DNA of 64,000 nt from NCBI GenBank assembly GCA_965263035.1, contig OZ253580.1, forward strand, positions 1,152,001 through 1,216,000, read 5' to 3'. The DNA comes from Acidobacteriota bacterium (GTDB lineage Bacteria; Acidobacteriota; UBA6911; RPQK01; JAJDTT01). The position numbers and the translations under genes are program-made. Under the pieces are notes generated by a model, which did no database searches, was not told the origin of the DNA, and saw only the letters and a program-made list of their open reading frames with translations. Below, in pieces: positions 47,393 to 56,921 of the stretch (position 1 is its first letter; each line of letters starts with the position of its first letter).

Positions 47393-47779
47393 TCAGTCCT
47401 CGGAAATCCGCTTGCGGTCCGCGAAACCGGTGTCGATCTCATGCCAGTAGGAGATGTCTTCTTCGCCGTGTTTCCAGCAGAGGTAGACCTCGCGCCCTTC
47501 CTTGAGATGGGGGAAATCGACGAGCCCCTGATCCACGCTCTTGACCAGACAACCCAGGCCCTGAAGCCGGGCGACGCACGATTGCAGTTGCAGTAGACGC
47601 TCCACGTAGGCCGTGCCTTCCGGGCTGCCGCGGTTGAGGTCGGCACTCTTGGCCAGTTCCTGGACGGCTTCCTTGTAGCGGGAAATCTCGCTGGACAGAT
47701 TCATGCCGACCGCCACCAGCTTTCTGACCAGAGGCAGGATTTTTCTGGCTTCCGCCAGAGTGAAGAGTCGTTTCGCCAC
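47393..47779 (-). CDS. DUF2203 family protein
   Basis: FTLAEARKILP...VKSVDQGLVDFP...VYLCWKHGE..ISYWH...GFADRK. Confidence 0.85.
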   Translation of the reverse strand: MAKRLFTLAEARKILPLVRKLVAVGMNLSSEISRYKEAVQELAKSADLNRGSPEGTAYVERLLQLQSCVARLQGLGCLVKSVDQGLVDFPHLKEGREVYLCWKHGEEDISYWHEIDTGFADRKRISED

Positions 47780-47935
47780 GCAGACAGTATAGCCACTATG
47801 AGCACCTTGGTTCTAACCGCGGCCGAGACTGACTGGATGCAGGATTGCGATCAGAGTCCAAAGGTCAGGTAAGCTAATCCGGCCCCATGGTGATATTTTG
47901 GCGGAGCATTCGAGAATGCGGGAAGTCTCAGCGGC

Positions 47936-48562
47936 ATGAAGTGCATCCTGTGCAATAGCAGAAAGGGAAAGCGCCGATGTCCGGCCAAGGGCACACTCAT
48001 CTGCGCCCCCTGTTGCGGCCGAATGCGGGTGGTGGAAATCCCCTGTCCCCCCGATTGCGTCTACCTGACGGAAGGCCATGGCCATCAGGCGGCGAAGAAA
48101 TACGTTCACCAACTCCGCCAGGAGGAGGATACGGACCGCCGTATGCGGCTCTACCGGAATCTTCAGACGTATCGGCCGCTCATCGACCGGGTCGAGGTGG
48201 AGATCCTGCGGTACGGTCAGGGGCTGCGCAGCTTTCAAGACCGGCACGTGTTGGAAGCGGTCCGGCTGTTGCGAAAGACCTACCGGTCCGAGGACCGAGG
48301 GGTCATCTACGAGCAAACGTCGCCGGATCCCATGGTTTCGTCCTTGATTCGGGCGGTACAGGAAATGCTGGAGAAGACGAGGGAAGAACTCCAATCGTCG
48401 CTCCGGGTCTCCGATCTCCTGAACTGCTTGGAGGTGGTGGAGTCGGAGATCGACTATCACCTGAACCAACCGGCCGGCGGAGAGCCCTACCTGACCTTCA
48501 TCCGGAAGAACCACCCGGATGTTACGCCGACTGGATCGGATCAGAACCTGATCGTGCTCTGA
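47936..48562 (+). CDS. Conserved hypothetical protein with an N-terminal Cys-rich zinc-binding region
   Basis: CILC...RRCPA...ICAPCCG...CPPDCVYL followed by a helical domain. Confidence 0.75.
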   Translation: MKCILCNSRKGKRRCPAKGTLICAPCCGRMRVVEIPCPPDCVYLTEGHGHQAAKKYVHQLRQEEDTDRRMRLYRNLQTYRPLIDRVEVEILRYGQGLRSFQDRHVLEAVRLLRKTYRSEDRGVIYEQTSPDPMVSSLIRAVQEMLEKTREELQSSLRVSDLLNCLEVVESEIDYHLNQPAGGEPYLTFIRKNHPDVTPTGSDQNLIVL

Positions 48563-48709
48563 TCTGACGACTCTCGATAGTCCAGCGCCTCTACGGTTCG
48601 CATTATCTCCGACGGTACCGGAGGTCTTCCGGATATTCCGGTCGATCGATCGTTGATTTTCGCCCGCGACCCTCCAAGATCACGGTCGGACATGAAATCT
48701 GTCGAAGTA

Positions 48710-49609
48710 TCAGGTCAGCGGCGGACGGCGGAATACTTCCTTGTAGTGCCAGTTCACGAACTCAGGTCTCGGGTCCACCAAACGGTTCCGAGGAGTACGG
48801 AGGGGCTTTCCATGGTAATCGAGAAACCACCGAACCGGATCGCGCCGACCGTGGATTTCGCTGGAAACGAGCACCTTGTAGTCCGCACCAGCGCCTTCCA
48901 GACCAAATGCACCTCGGTCAAATGCCTTATGGTGAAGCCCGCACAACGCCAATCCGTTTGCTACCGTGTCCGGTCCGCCAGCCGCCACCCACTTGATATG
49001 TGCAGCCTCCACACCGATCAGGTCATCTCCGAGTCGCACGTCGAAGTTGCAGATGGCACATCGGTACTGATATTCGCGCAACACATGGCGCCGGAAAGCT
49101 GGGTCGCGCCGGCGGACCGGCGTCTCTCGAACTTCCCATGCGTACGGAATACCAGTGGCGACGCGGATTTCATTGTGCAACGACTCTGGAAAATGTGAGT
49201 CCAAGAGTCCCTGCGCGGCTTCTCGCGCAATTTCCGAGTGGCGACGCAATAATTTGTATACCCACTCGGGGAATCCGCCCTTGACGCCACGTTTTCGTAA
49301 ATCCCGGACGCGAAAGTCCCGCCCCGGTGGGCAGTACAGGTTTTCGCATCCGGGAATCTCCCAAAGTTGGTCTCTAGGTAACCGGCTGAACGGAAACTCC
49401 GGATGGTAACTGTGGCGAGGTGGACCGAAGCGTCGCAGCAACTCCTTCATCCGCCCCTCTATCTCGGGGTAGGAGACGAGGCGTTCCTCATTGTTCATGA
49501 CGCGCCCGAGCGCCAGCAGTAGTAGCAGAGGTTTGTGCGGTGCACGCACACCTTGCCGCTTCCACACCTGCAGATTCTGGAAGAGCTCAAGCAGCCTATT
49601 ACGGGCCAT
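48710..49609 (-). CDS. SBD-HNH endonuclease (phosphorothioate-dependent type IV restriction-like)
   Basis: N-terminal RAPHKPLLLLLALG...PEFPFSRL; C-terminal RDPAFRRHVL..CAIC..EAAHIKW..GGPD..NGLALCGLHHKAFDRG. Confidence 0.8.
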   Translation of the reverse strand: MARNRLLELFQNLQVWKRQGVRAPHKPLLLLLALGRVMNNEERLVSYPEIEGRMKELLRRFGPPRHSYHPEFPFSRLPRDQLWEIPGCENLYCPPGRDFRVRDLRKRGVKGGFPEWVYKLLRRHSEIAREAAQGLLDSHFPESLHNEIRVATGIPYAWEVRETPVRRRDPAFRRHVLREYQYRCAICNFDVRLGDDLIGVEAAHIKWVAAGGPDTVANGLALCGLHHKAFDRGAFGLEGAGADYKVLVSSEIHGRRDPVRWFLDYHGKPLRTPRNRLVDPRPEFVNWHYKEVFRRPPLT

Positions 49610-49839
49610 CACCTGCACGTGTCAGTAGCGCACGGTCTTTACACCCTCAACTCGATTGAGCGTCTCCGACCAAGACCAAATTCAAACCCGATTAGCCGGT
49701 GGCAATGGTCTTTACGGCATTCGACCTCCGCCATATTCCGACCGATGGTGTCGCTATTCGCTTACCTACGTCCGCCGATTATCGGAGGCTGGGTTCAACG
49801 GGGAGATATCTGTCACGAGCCGATGCGACTCGATCTAAC

Positions 49840-50172
49840 TCAGCTGGCCGTCATCCGGTCGATCTTGGCGGCCAGGACGAAGTCGCTCTCGGTCAGGCCG
49901 TCGATCTTGTGGGTCCAGAGGGTGATCTCCACCTTGCCCCAGGCCAGATAGATGTCCGGGTGGTGGTCTTCCGCTTCGGCGACTTCTCCGACCTGGTTGA
50001 CGAAGGCCAGCGCGTTTTCGAAATCGGGGAATCGAACCAGCTTGCGCAGGTGATGGTCCCCGACCACCTCCCATCCTTGCAACTGGTCCAGAAGGGGTGC
50101 GATCCCGTCGGCCGTCAGCGGCGAAACTCCGCCTCGGCAGGGGATACATCTTCGTTCGGCGAGTTGGGTCAC
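49840..50172 (-). CDS. phhB: Pterin-4-alpha-carbinolamine dehydratase
   Basis: CIPCRGG, AEAEDHHPDI, WTHKIDGLTESDFVLAAKID. GTG at 50172. Confidence 0.9.
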   Translation of the reverse strand: MTQLAERRCIPCRGGVSPLTADGIAPLLDQLQGWEVVGDHHLRKLVRFPDFENALAFVNQVGEVAEAEDHHPDIYLAWGKVEITLWTHKIDGLTESDFVLAAKIDRMTAS

Positions 50173-50245
50173 GATCAAGCCTCCTTGTCGGTGCAACAGC
50201 CGGAGGTCCCCGGCTTCAACAGCCCGAGGAGCGCCACCTGAACGC

Positions 50246-50282
50246 AAAAATGGAGGCTGGCGGCGAACCGCGAGCCTCCATT
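50246..50282 (-). terminator. Rho-independent terminator after the radical SAM gene
   Basis: Stem ATGGAGGCT..GCGG-CGAA-CCGC..AGCCTCCAT with a T5 tract on the minus strand. Confidence 0.75.
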
Positions 50283-50322
50283 CGTGTCGATGACGGTCGG
50301 AACCGAGCCGGCAGGCGCCGGA

Positions 50323-52332
50323 TCAGCCGACATTCAGGGTCACCAGGTCGTTCTTCTTCTTTTTCTTGAGCACTATCTCCTCATAGTACTCCCGCACCGC
50401 CGCCTGCTCCCGCAAGGCCTTGCGCCGCGCCATCTTCTCGTCGCGGGCGGTCTGGGGTTTGTCGCCACGGTCGCGGACGCGCGCCGCGTCGTCGCCCCGG
50501 ATCTGCAACGAGTGATCGTAACTCTGCAACGGCGCATCCTTTCCACCGGCGAAGATCTGATGACGGCCGTTCTCCTTGTACCACTGGGCGACGGTCGCGT
50601 TCTTGTGCATGTTCTCGATGATCTGCCGCCAGCCATGGCCCGTGTTGTAGGCACAGAAGGAGATCTCTCCCTCCTGGGTGGCGTAGGGGATGATGCACAT
50701 CTCGGTGCGGCGGAAGTCGTAGTTGAACAGGTCCTGAAACCACATGCCGGCCACGAAGAGGAAGTTCCAGGGATCGTCCCTTCGCTTCTTGCCCTGGCCG
50801 TAATCCTTTCCGCTCAGACCGAAGCTCTTGTCGAACTTCCTGAGGATGTCGATCAGAGTGAGACGGGACGGCGCATTGAAGGGGCTGTAGTTCTTCAGCA
50901 CGGCCAGACCGATCATGAAATTCGAGAATTTGGTGCTCCGGGCCGCGTCGGTCACCTTCTGCATGTCCTTGACCAGCCCGGGGATGTTCAGGAACTGGGG
51001 AACCGGAGCCGCCTCTTTGGTCTCCTTGTCGATCATCATGGCGGTTCCCACGCCGCAATTCGGATGGCAGCCGCAACTGACCTGACCCCAATCGGCGTTG
51101 GGACCATGGGCCACGTCGGCAAAGTCGGCAAACGCGCCCATCAGGGACAGCGGAAACCAGTCACGGGTGGGCTCGGTGAGTCCTACTTGGCCCTTCACGT
51201 CCTGGGCCAGGTGAGACAGGGTGTACCGCTGGCGGAGCCGCCGCTCGTCGGTGATGGCCTCATCCCTGCCGGTGAAGGAGACGGGCTGGAAGGCGATGAA
51301 GGCCACCTTCTTGGGGTTGTCCATGGCGAAGCGGATGATGGGTCCGACCTGGTCGTTGTTCACGTCGTTGACCAGCGTCGTCACCAGAATGACCTCGATT
51401 CCCGCCTTGTGGATGTTGTCGATGGCCTTGATCTTCACATCGAACAGGTTTCCGATGTGCCGGTGACTGTTGGCGTCGTTGCCGATGCCGTCGAATTGCA
51501 GATAGGTGTAGCGCAGTCCGGCCTCGTACGCCTTCCTGGAAAACTCCAGGCTCTTGGCGAACTCGATCCCGTTGGTGGCCGCCTGGACGCTGTTGTAACC
51601 GATCTTGCGGGAGTACTTGAGGGCCCGGAAGAAATGGGGCGACATGGTGGGCTCGCCGCCCGAGAACTGTACGGACATCTGCCTGCGGGGCTTGATCTGC
51701 AGCGAGTTGTCCAGGATCTCCTTGATCTCCTCCCATTCCAGCTCGTGGACGTAACCCACCTGGTTGGCATCCATGAAGCAGGGGTCGCACATCATGTTGC
51801 AACGGTTGGTGAGGTCGACCGTCAGGACGCTTCCCCGCCCGTGCTTGATGGTGCTGGACCCGTGGTTGTGGAGGGTGGAGTCATTGTGGGACCGGATATC
51901 CCGACCCGGGAAGTTGGCCTCGATCCAGCTGAGGAACTTGGAGTCGATGGCCATCAGGTCCTCGCACTTCCCGTGGATGGGGCATTCCTTGACCATCCAG
52001 ACCTGCCCTTCCCGCTCAATGATGGTGGCCTTGATCTCGCCCACCTTCTCGTTGATCAGGATCCGGTAGTCTTCCTGGCCCTCGATGATCTTTTCCCGGG
52101 CTTCGACCACGCACTTGGGGCAGAGAGAATCGGTCTTCCGGGGCCAACCCAGAGTGGGTTTGGTCTTCTCCCACGACTTGAGTAGAGGTTTGTCGGACCA
52201 CTTGGGCGTGAAGGACGGGTTGGGCCGATAGTTGTTGAAGAACTGAATGGTGTCGAAAGCCATGCCGGCGCCGAAGGACAGAGCGGCGTCGAAACACTTC
52301 CAAGCTTTATGCAAACCGGTTGATCTTGGCAT
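50323..52332 (-). CDS. Radical SAM protein, tetraether lipid synthase (Tes/GDGT-MAS, MJ0619)-like
   Basis: N-terminal TDSLCPKC...KECPIHG, radical SAM DLTNRCNMMCDPCF, QFSGGEPT, YLQFDG, CHPNCG, MWFQD...CII...ISFCAYN. Confidence 0.82.
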   Translation of the reverse strand: MPRSTGLHKAWKCFDAALSFGAGMAFDTIQFFNNYRPNPSFTPKWSDKPLLKSWEKTKPTLGWPRKTDSLCPKCVVEAREKIIEGQEDYRILINEKVGEIKATIIEREGQVWMVKECPIHGKCEDLMAIDSKFLSWIEANFPGRDIRSHNDSTLHNHGSSTIKHGRGSVLTVDLTNRCNMMCDPCFMDANQVGYVHELEWEEIKEILDNSLQIKPRRQMSVQFSGGEPTMSPHFFRALKYSRKIGYNSVQAATNGIEFAKSLEFSRKAYEAGLRYTYLQFDGIGNDANSHRHIGNLFDVKIKAIDNIHKAGIEVILVTTLVNDVNNDQVGPIIRFAMDNPKKVAFIAFQPVSFTGRDEAITDERRLRQRYTLSHLAQDVKGQVGLTEPTRDWFPLSLMGAFADFADVAHGPNADWGQVSCGCHPNCGVGTAMMIDKETKEAAPVPQFLNIPGLVKDMQKVTDAARSTKFSNFMIGLAVLKNYSPFNAPSRLTLIDILRKFDKSFGLSGKDYGQGKKRRDDPWNFLFVAGMWFQDLFNYDFRRTEMCIIPYATQEGEISFCAYNTGHGWRQIIENMHKNATVAQWYKENGRHQIFAGGKDAPLQSYDHSLQIRGDDAARVRDRGDKPQTARDEKMARRKALREQAAVREYYEEIVLKKKKKNDLVTLNVG

Positions 52333-52545
52333 CGAGAATCTTCCTCCTGAAATCTGGGGGCGGGACAAAAGTCTACCGTAGAGCCCCTCGCAAAGCGTCA
52401 CGCAGGACGCGCCACATCACCCTTGCCAGCAACTATCCTGCGCCCAAGGTGGCGCCGGGGTCAACCTGGCATTGGCGACCAGGATGGCAAGATTCCTTTT
52501 TTTTCCCGAAAGTGATCCGTTTTTGCACACTCCCTTAGAGATAAA

Positions 52546-52574
52546 TTGGAAGAAACCCTTTTCTGAGTTAGAAT
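52546..52574 (+). promoter_or_regulatory. Sigma70-like promoter of nfuA
   Basis: TTGGAA-17 bp-TAGAAT, about 46 bp upstream of the ATG. Confidence 0.5.
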
Positions 52575-52620
52575 CTGTGTTGCGGTTCCAACATGCGAAT
52601 TCCGCGCGGGGTATTTTTCA

Positions 52621-53220
52621 ATGATTATCTTTACCAATGAAGCCAAAGAGCAGGTCCTGGCTGTGATCCGGCAACAGCAGGGCAAGAATCCGGCCCTTCG
52701 AGTTCAGGCCACGGCCAACGGCACGGCCGAATTTCAATACAGCATGCAATTGATCACGGCCGAGGAGCAGAGCCCGGAGGATCTGGTCGTCGATTCCGGT
52801 GAATTCCGGGTGATCCTGGACCCCAGGAGCGCCGAGAACCTGAACGGGGCCACCGTCGACTTCGAGGACAAGATCCTGAGGAGCGGCTTCAAGTTCCAAA
52901 ATCCCAACAAGCCGACGGTTCCAACGTTGGGCGAAGGCCCGAGAAAGGACCTTACCGGACCGGTGGTGGAACGGGTTCAGAGATTGCTGGATACGGAAAT
53001 CAATCCTGCCATTGCCGCTCACGGGGGACAGGTTCATCTCCTCGGAGTTCGCAAGAGCAAGGTCTATCTCTCTTTCGGCGGGGGCTGCCACGGTTGCGGT
53101 ATGGCAGACGTGACCCTGAAGGAAGGAATCGAGACCCGCATCAAGGAGGTGGTCCCCGAGATCGTCGAGGTCGTGGACACGACCGACCACACAACCGGGG
53201 AGAATCCCTACTACTCGTAG
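52621..53220 (+). CDS. nfuA: Fe-S cluster carrier NfuA (degenerate A-type domain plus NifU-C domain)
   Basis: GFKFQNPN, EINPAIAAHGG, FGGGCHGCGM, TTDHTTGENPYY. Confidence 0.92.
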   Translation: MIIFTNEAKEQVLAVIRQQQGKNPALRVQATANGTAEFQYSMQLITAEEQSPEDLVVDSGEFRVILDPRSAENLNGATVDFEDKILRSGFKFQNPNKPTVPTLGEGPRKDLTGPVVERVQRLLDTEINPAIAAHGGQVHLLGVRKSKVYLSFGGGCHGCGMADVTLKEGIETRIKEVVPEIVEVVDTTDHTTGENPYYS

Positions 53221-53450
53221 ATAGTCGCGAACCAAGTCCGGCATTGCACGGAGACCGCCGTCTCGAACTTGAGGACGAGCCGCGCCGGCGCATGGGCACT
53301 CGGTATGGGTGCCGGTTCCGCAGACTCCATTGGGAAACTAAGGCGGCCATCCCCGTTGCCCGGGCCGATTGCCGCGAGTCGGGTATATCTGGTATAAATC
53401 CTGGTCTTTCGTAAATCCTGCGTCTGTTCTCACTTGAGGTTGGTTGAGCA

Positions 53451-54605
53451 ATGAAGAGGAACCTGCTTCCCGTTTTTGGACTGCCCGCCGCACTGCTGTT
53501 TCTGGCAGGTTGCGGAACTCCGAGCAGCCTGCTTTCGATCAAGAAGGACAAGGTTGTCCTGGTCGCCACGGTTCCCTTCGAGGCGCCGCTCCTCTACCAG
53601 ACGGGAGGCGAGGGCCTGGTGGGCCCCGAAGCCGAAATGGCTGCCCAGATCGTGGAGAAGGTGAATGCCTCCATCGCCGCGGAAGGCGACGACCCCAATG
53701 TGGTCCTGCGGTGGATCATCAGGCGCTATGGATCCCTGATGGCCGCCTTGGAGAACGAGGAGGCGCACGCGGTCATCGCAGTGTTCGGTGTCAACGAAGA
53801 CCGCAAGCGTCGAGTCGATTTCTCCACTCCCGTCTACACCTCCAGTTTGAGTCTGGTCATCAATCCGGTCCACAAGGACTTGAGGCCGGGCGTTCTCTCC
53901 ACGGCCAAGATCGGCGTGCGGGAGGACACCGAAGTTCAGAGGTGGGTCAAGAGGCAGTTCTCCCAATCGACCATCACTCCGTTCAAGACCTTGGATGACG
54001 CCGTTTTGGCGCTACGCCGAGGAGAAGTGGACTGTCTGATCGCTGACCGGTACATGGCCGCGTACGCCTTGGCCACGCTGCCGGGATCCAGCCACCTGGA
54101 AATTCTGCCGGAAGAAGTCGGACGCGTGGAGTGCGCCGTGGCGGTCCGGAAGGGCGATCCGGAAATGCTCAAGATCGTGGAAGAGGCCGTCGCCGAAGTC
54201 AGGCAGGGCAAGCGTTACGAGAAATGGCTTGCCGAGCACGACGACAATCGATTGGCGCAGGTGCAGGGCCGGCACGGCGATAGGATGAAAAAGGAGTTGG
54301 GACCTCGCAAGATTCGGATCCAGGTGTCCAAGGCCGCGGGGTATGACTTCGACATCTATCGCATCGCCAACCTGACCTTCCAACTGGTCAACCAGCAGTC
54401 AGGCAAGTCGCACCGCTCGTCCAGAATTCGGTTCCGAAGGAGGGTGGGCAGCTGTCAGGCCCAGGCGCCCCCGGGTTCCTATGCGCTGAGGCTCGCCAAA
54501 TTCAAATTCCCTCCATTGGAGTTGCAGATCGACAAGGACGACGGGGACGAGGTGACCGTAAGCATTCGCATCAGTGGTTCCGGGATCACCCTGCAGAAGA
54601 GCTGA
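53451..54605 (+). CDS. Family 3 solute-binding lipoprotein with a C-terminal extension
   Basis: Lipobox LAGC; FEAPL, RKRRVDFSTPVY, ALRRGEVD, AVAVRKGD; about 100 extra beta-rich residues. Confidence 0.8.
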   Translation: MKRNLLPVFGLPAALLFLAGCGTPSSLLSIKKDKVVLVATVPFEAPLLYQTGGEGLVGPEAEMAAQIVEKVNASIAAEGDDPNVVLRWIIRRYGSLMAALENEEAHAVIAVFGVNEDRKRRVDFSTPVYTSSLSLVINPVHKDLRPGVLSTAKIGVREDTEVQRWVKRQFSQSTITPFKTLDDAVLALRRGEVDCLIADRYMAAYALATLPGSSHLEILPEEVGRVECAVAVRKGDPEMLKIVEEAVAEVRQGKRYEKWLAEHDDNRLAQVQGRHGDRMKKELGPRKIRIQVSKAAGYDFDIYRIANLTFQLVNQQSGKSHRSSRIRFRRRVGSCQAQAPPGSYALRLAKFKFPPLELQIDKDDGDEVTVSIRISGSGITLQKS

Positions 54606-54699
54606 AGACGTTCGTTCGCAGGTTCGCCGCCGTCGCCAGGAGTTCCCTCCGATATTCCACTCCCGTCCGGAGCGACGAACGAGCGGTTCCCCTTTCTTC

Positions 54700-54728
54700 T
54701 TGAAAATAAATTTCAACATCATTAGACT
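54700..54728 (+). promoter_or_regulatory. Sigma70 promoter overlapped by a Fur-like 7-1-7 box
   Basis: TTGAAA-17 bp-TAGACT; the palindrome TTGAAAATAAATTTCAA (54700-54716) covers the -35. Confidence 0.65.
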
Positions 54729-54758
54729 GCCCTCCCAGTTTCGGCGAAATGGGACACG

Positions 54759-55331
54759 GTGTGGGAAAAGGGAACCGAAGCCAGACGGCTCGTTTACGGA
54801 ATCTGGACGGTATGCCTTTGCTCGACCCTGGTCTTCACCGCCTCCTCGCTGGGGGTGCTGAGCCGGGAGGAGGCGCTGGCGGCGGCCTATCCGGCTGCCC
54901 AAATCCGGGCGGAACGAGTTTTTCTGACCGATCAACAGCGTCGCCGGGCAGCGAAGCTGGCCAAGGCCGATATTCCCAGTCCATTGATCGCCCGTTACGT
55001 GGCACTCCGGGCGGACCGGGTGGTCGGTCGAGCATACGTGGACACTCATGTCGTCCGAACCAAGAAGGAAAGCTTGTTGATCTGCCTTGATGGGGAGGGA
55101 AAGGTGCAGCGAATCGAGGTGACCGCATTTCTCGAACCTCCCGAATACCTCGCATCGCCGGACTGGTACGCCCAGTACGAGAGTCGCGAGCTCAGTGACG
55201 AGCTTTCCCTGAATCGGGCCATACGACCCATCGTCGGAGCGACCCTGACCAGCTTGGCCGCCAACCAGGCCGTGCGCCGGGTGCTGGCCATCGACCAGGT
55301 ATTGCAGGCCGAATCGCAGCCCGGGAAGTAG
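54759..55331 (+). CDS. Exported FMN-binding (flavinylation substrate) protein
   Basis: DTHVVRTK, AFLEPPEY, IVGATLTS (a variant of the [S/T]GA[S/T] motif); upstream of apbE. Confidence 0.8.
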   Translation: MWEKGTEARRLVYGIWTVCLCSTLVFTASSLGVLSREEALAAAYPAAQIRAERVFLTDQQRRRAAKLAKADIPSPLIARYVALRADRVVGRAYVDTHVVRTKKESLLICLDGEGKVQRIEVTAFLEPPEYLASPDWYAQYESRELSDELSLNRAIRPIVGATLTSLAANQAVRRVLAIDQVLQAESQPGK

Positions 55332-55336
55332 ATGAC

Positions 55337-55801
55337 ATGAGCCGCTGGGAAGCCTGGTCGTTTCACATCCTCTCCGTGGTGCTCTCGGCTACGGGGATTT
55401 TCCTCTTCGTCATGAAATACCTGATGGAGAGCCATGATCCGTTTCAGTTGGTCAATCATCCCTGGCAACTCTCTACCCAGAACCTTCACATTCTGGCGGC
55501 TCCCTGCCTGATTCTGATTCTGGGAATGATGTACGGGAGTCACATCACCGACAAATTGCGCAGTCGAACCAAGAGCAATCGGCGCACTGGAATTCTGATT
55601 CTGGTCAGCTTTCCCCTGATGGTGATCTCCGGCTACCTGCTCCAGGTCTTCACCCATCCCACCCTTTCCATCCTGGCCGTCGTCGTGCACTCGGTCAGCG
55701 GGACGGTATTCGCTCTGACCTACCTCTGGCACCAGTGGGTGACCTTCCGGCTCTGGCTCCGTCGGCGAAGAAAGCGCGAGATCAGGTCTCTTGCCGCCTG
55801 A
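55337..55801 (+). CDS. 4-TM membrane protein, possible cytochrome b-like electron conduit
   Basis: Four hydrophobic helices with His residues in or near them (FHIL, LHIL, SHI, VHSV, WHQ); between the FMN-binding gene and apbE. Confidence 0.65.
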   Translation: MSRWEAWSFHILSVVLSATGIFLFVMKYLMESHDPFQLVNHPWQLSTQNLHILAAPCLILILGMMYGSHITDKLRSRTKSNRRTGILILVSFPLMVISGYLLQVFTHPTLSILAVVVHSVSGTVFALTYLWHQWVTFRLWLRRRRKREIRSLAA

Positions 55802-56921
55802 ATCCAGGCGGCAACCCCGGAAACCGGCGTCATTCCTATTCCGGCTGCTGGCGACAGCCTTCCTCTGCGGCGCTTCCCTGCTCCCGGCTCTGTCCGCTCC
55901 CGAGCTGGTTCCCGTGCGACGGCAGGTGGTCCTGATGGGGACGCTCTGTACCCTGAACGTCTATGCCCGGGACCGGGCTTCCGGAATCGGCCGGTGCGAG
56001 ACCTACATTCGTCTTCTGGAGGAGGCGAACCGGCAACTCAGCACCTGGGTGAAGGAGAGCGAGCTCAGTCGTTTGAACCGGCATCCGGTCGGTGTCCCCT
56101 ACCGGTTTTCTCCGTCGCTGTGCCTGCTCTACAGCGAGCTGCTCCACTGGAATCGGGATACCGAATCCGCCTTCGATCCCGCCATCGGCGCCCTGGCAAA
56201 CGCCTACCGGAGCCTGTCGACGCAACGGACCGGCTTTCGGGAGAGACTGGAGCGGGCCCGGCAATCCTCGGGCATGAGGCATCTCAAGTTCCGGCGGGAG
56301 GATTGCACTGTCGTCCGTGGGGAACAGGTCCTGCTGGACCCGGGAGCCTTCGGCAAGGGTGCGGCCCTGGACAGTGTCTACCAGCACGCCCGAAGCCAGA
56401 AAGACCCGCCCTGGCTCATCGACCTGGGTGGCCAAGTCATGACTTGGGGCACTCCTCCCGTCGAATCCGGATGGAACGTGGAAATCGCCGATCCCGACCG
56501 CCGCACCGTACCGGTTCTGTCGATCCAACTCGACAGTGGAAGCCTGGCCACGAGCGGCGGCTCAGAACGGGACATTCGCGTCGGAGATCGGCGGGTGGCG
56601 CATATTCTGGATCCCAGGACCGGGACCGGCGCCTCCTTCCAGGGCTCGGTGGCAGTCTGGCATCATCGCGCCCTGGTTGCGGACGTTGTTTCCACCGCGC
56701 TCTACGTCATGGGTCCGGAGGAGGGCCTGATCTGGGCGGACCAGCGGAACTTGGCCGCCTGCTTTCTGGACCGGCCACGGATCGAGGGCAATAGAACCGA
56801 ACTCCGGACCCGGGTCACCCGAGCTTTTCTGCAGAGATTTCCGGAGATGGAGTTCACGGAATCGACAGTTTCAGCCGGCCGCTCCCCAGGTTCCCGACGG
56901 AGTCCACGACCCGAACCGTGA
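55791..56921 (+). CDS. apbE: FAD:protein FMN transferase
   Basis: LMGT, SELSRLN, FDPAIG, LDPGAFGKG, DLGGQ, LATSGGSER, HILDPRTG, ADVVSTALYVMG. Confidence 0.93.
   Translation: MPPESRRQPRKPASFLFRLLATAFLCGASLLPALSAPELVPVRRQVVLMGTLCTLNVYARDRASGIGRCETYIRLLEEANRQLSTWVKESELSRLNRHPVGVPYRFSPSLCLLYSELLHWNRDTESAFDPAIGALANAYRSLSTQRTGFRERLERARQSSGMRHLKFRREDCTVVRGEQVLLDPGAFGKGAALDSVYQHARSQKDPPWLIDLGGQVMTWGTPPVESGWNVEIADPDRRTVPVLSIQLDSGSLATSGGSERDIRVGDRRVAHILDPRTGTGASFQGSVAVWHHRALVADVVSTALYVMGPEEGLIWADQRNLAACFLDRPRIEGNRTELRTRVTRAFLQRFPEMEFTESTVSAGRSPGSRRSPRPEP

Noticed and set aside
50284-52185. 633-aa plus-strand ORF
   Set aside because: Antisense shadow of the radical SAM gene, as expected with high-GC codon bias. 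The same applies to 3180-4661, 18467-19864, 40413-41813 and 59468-61045.
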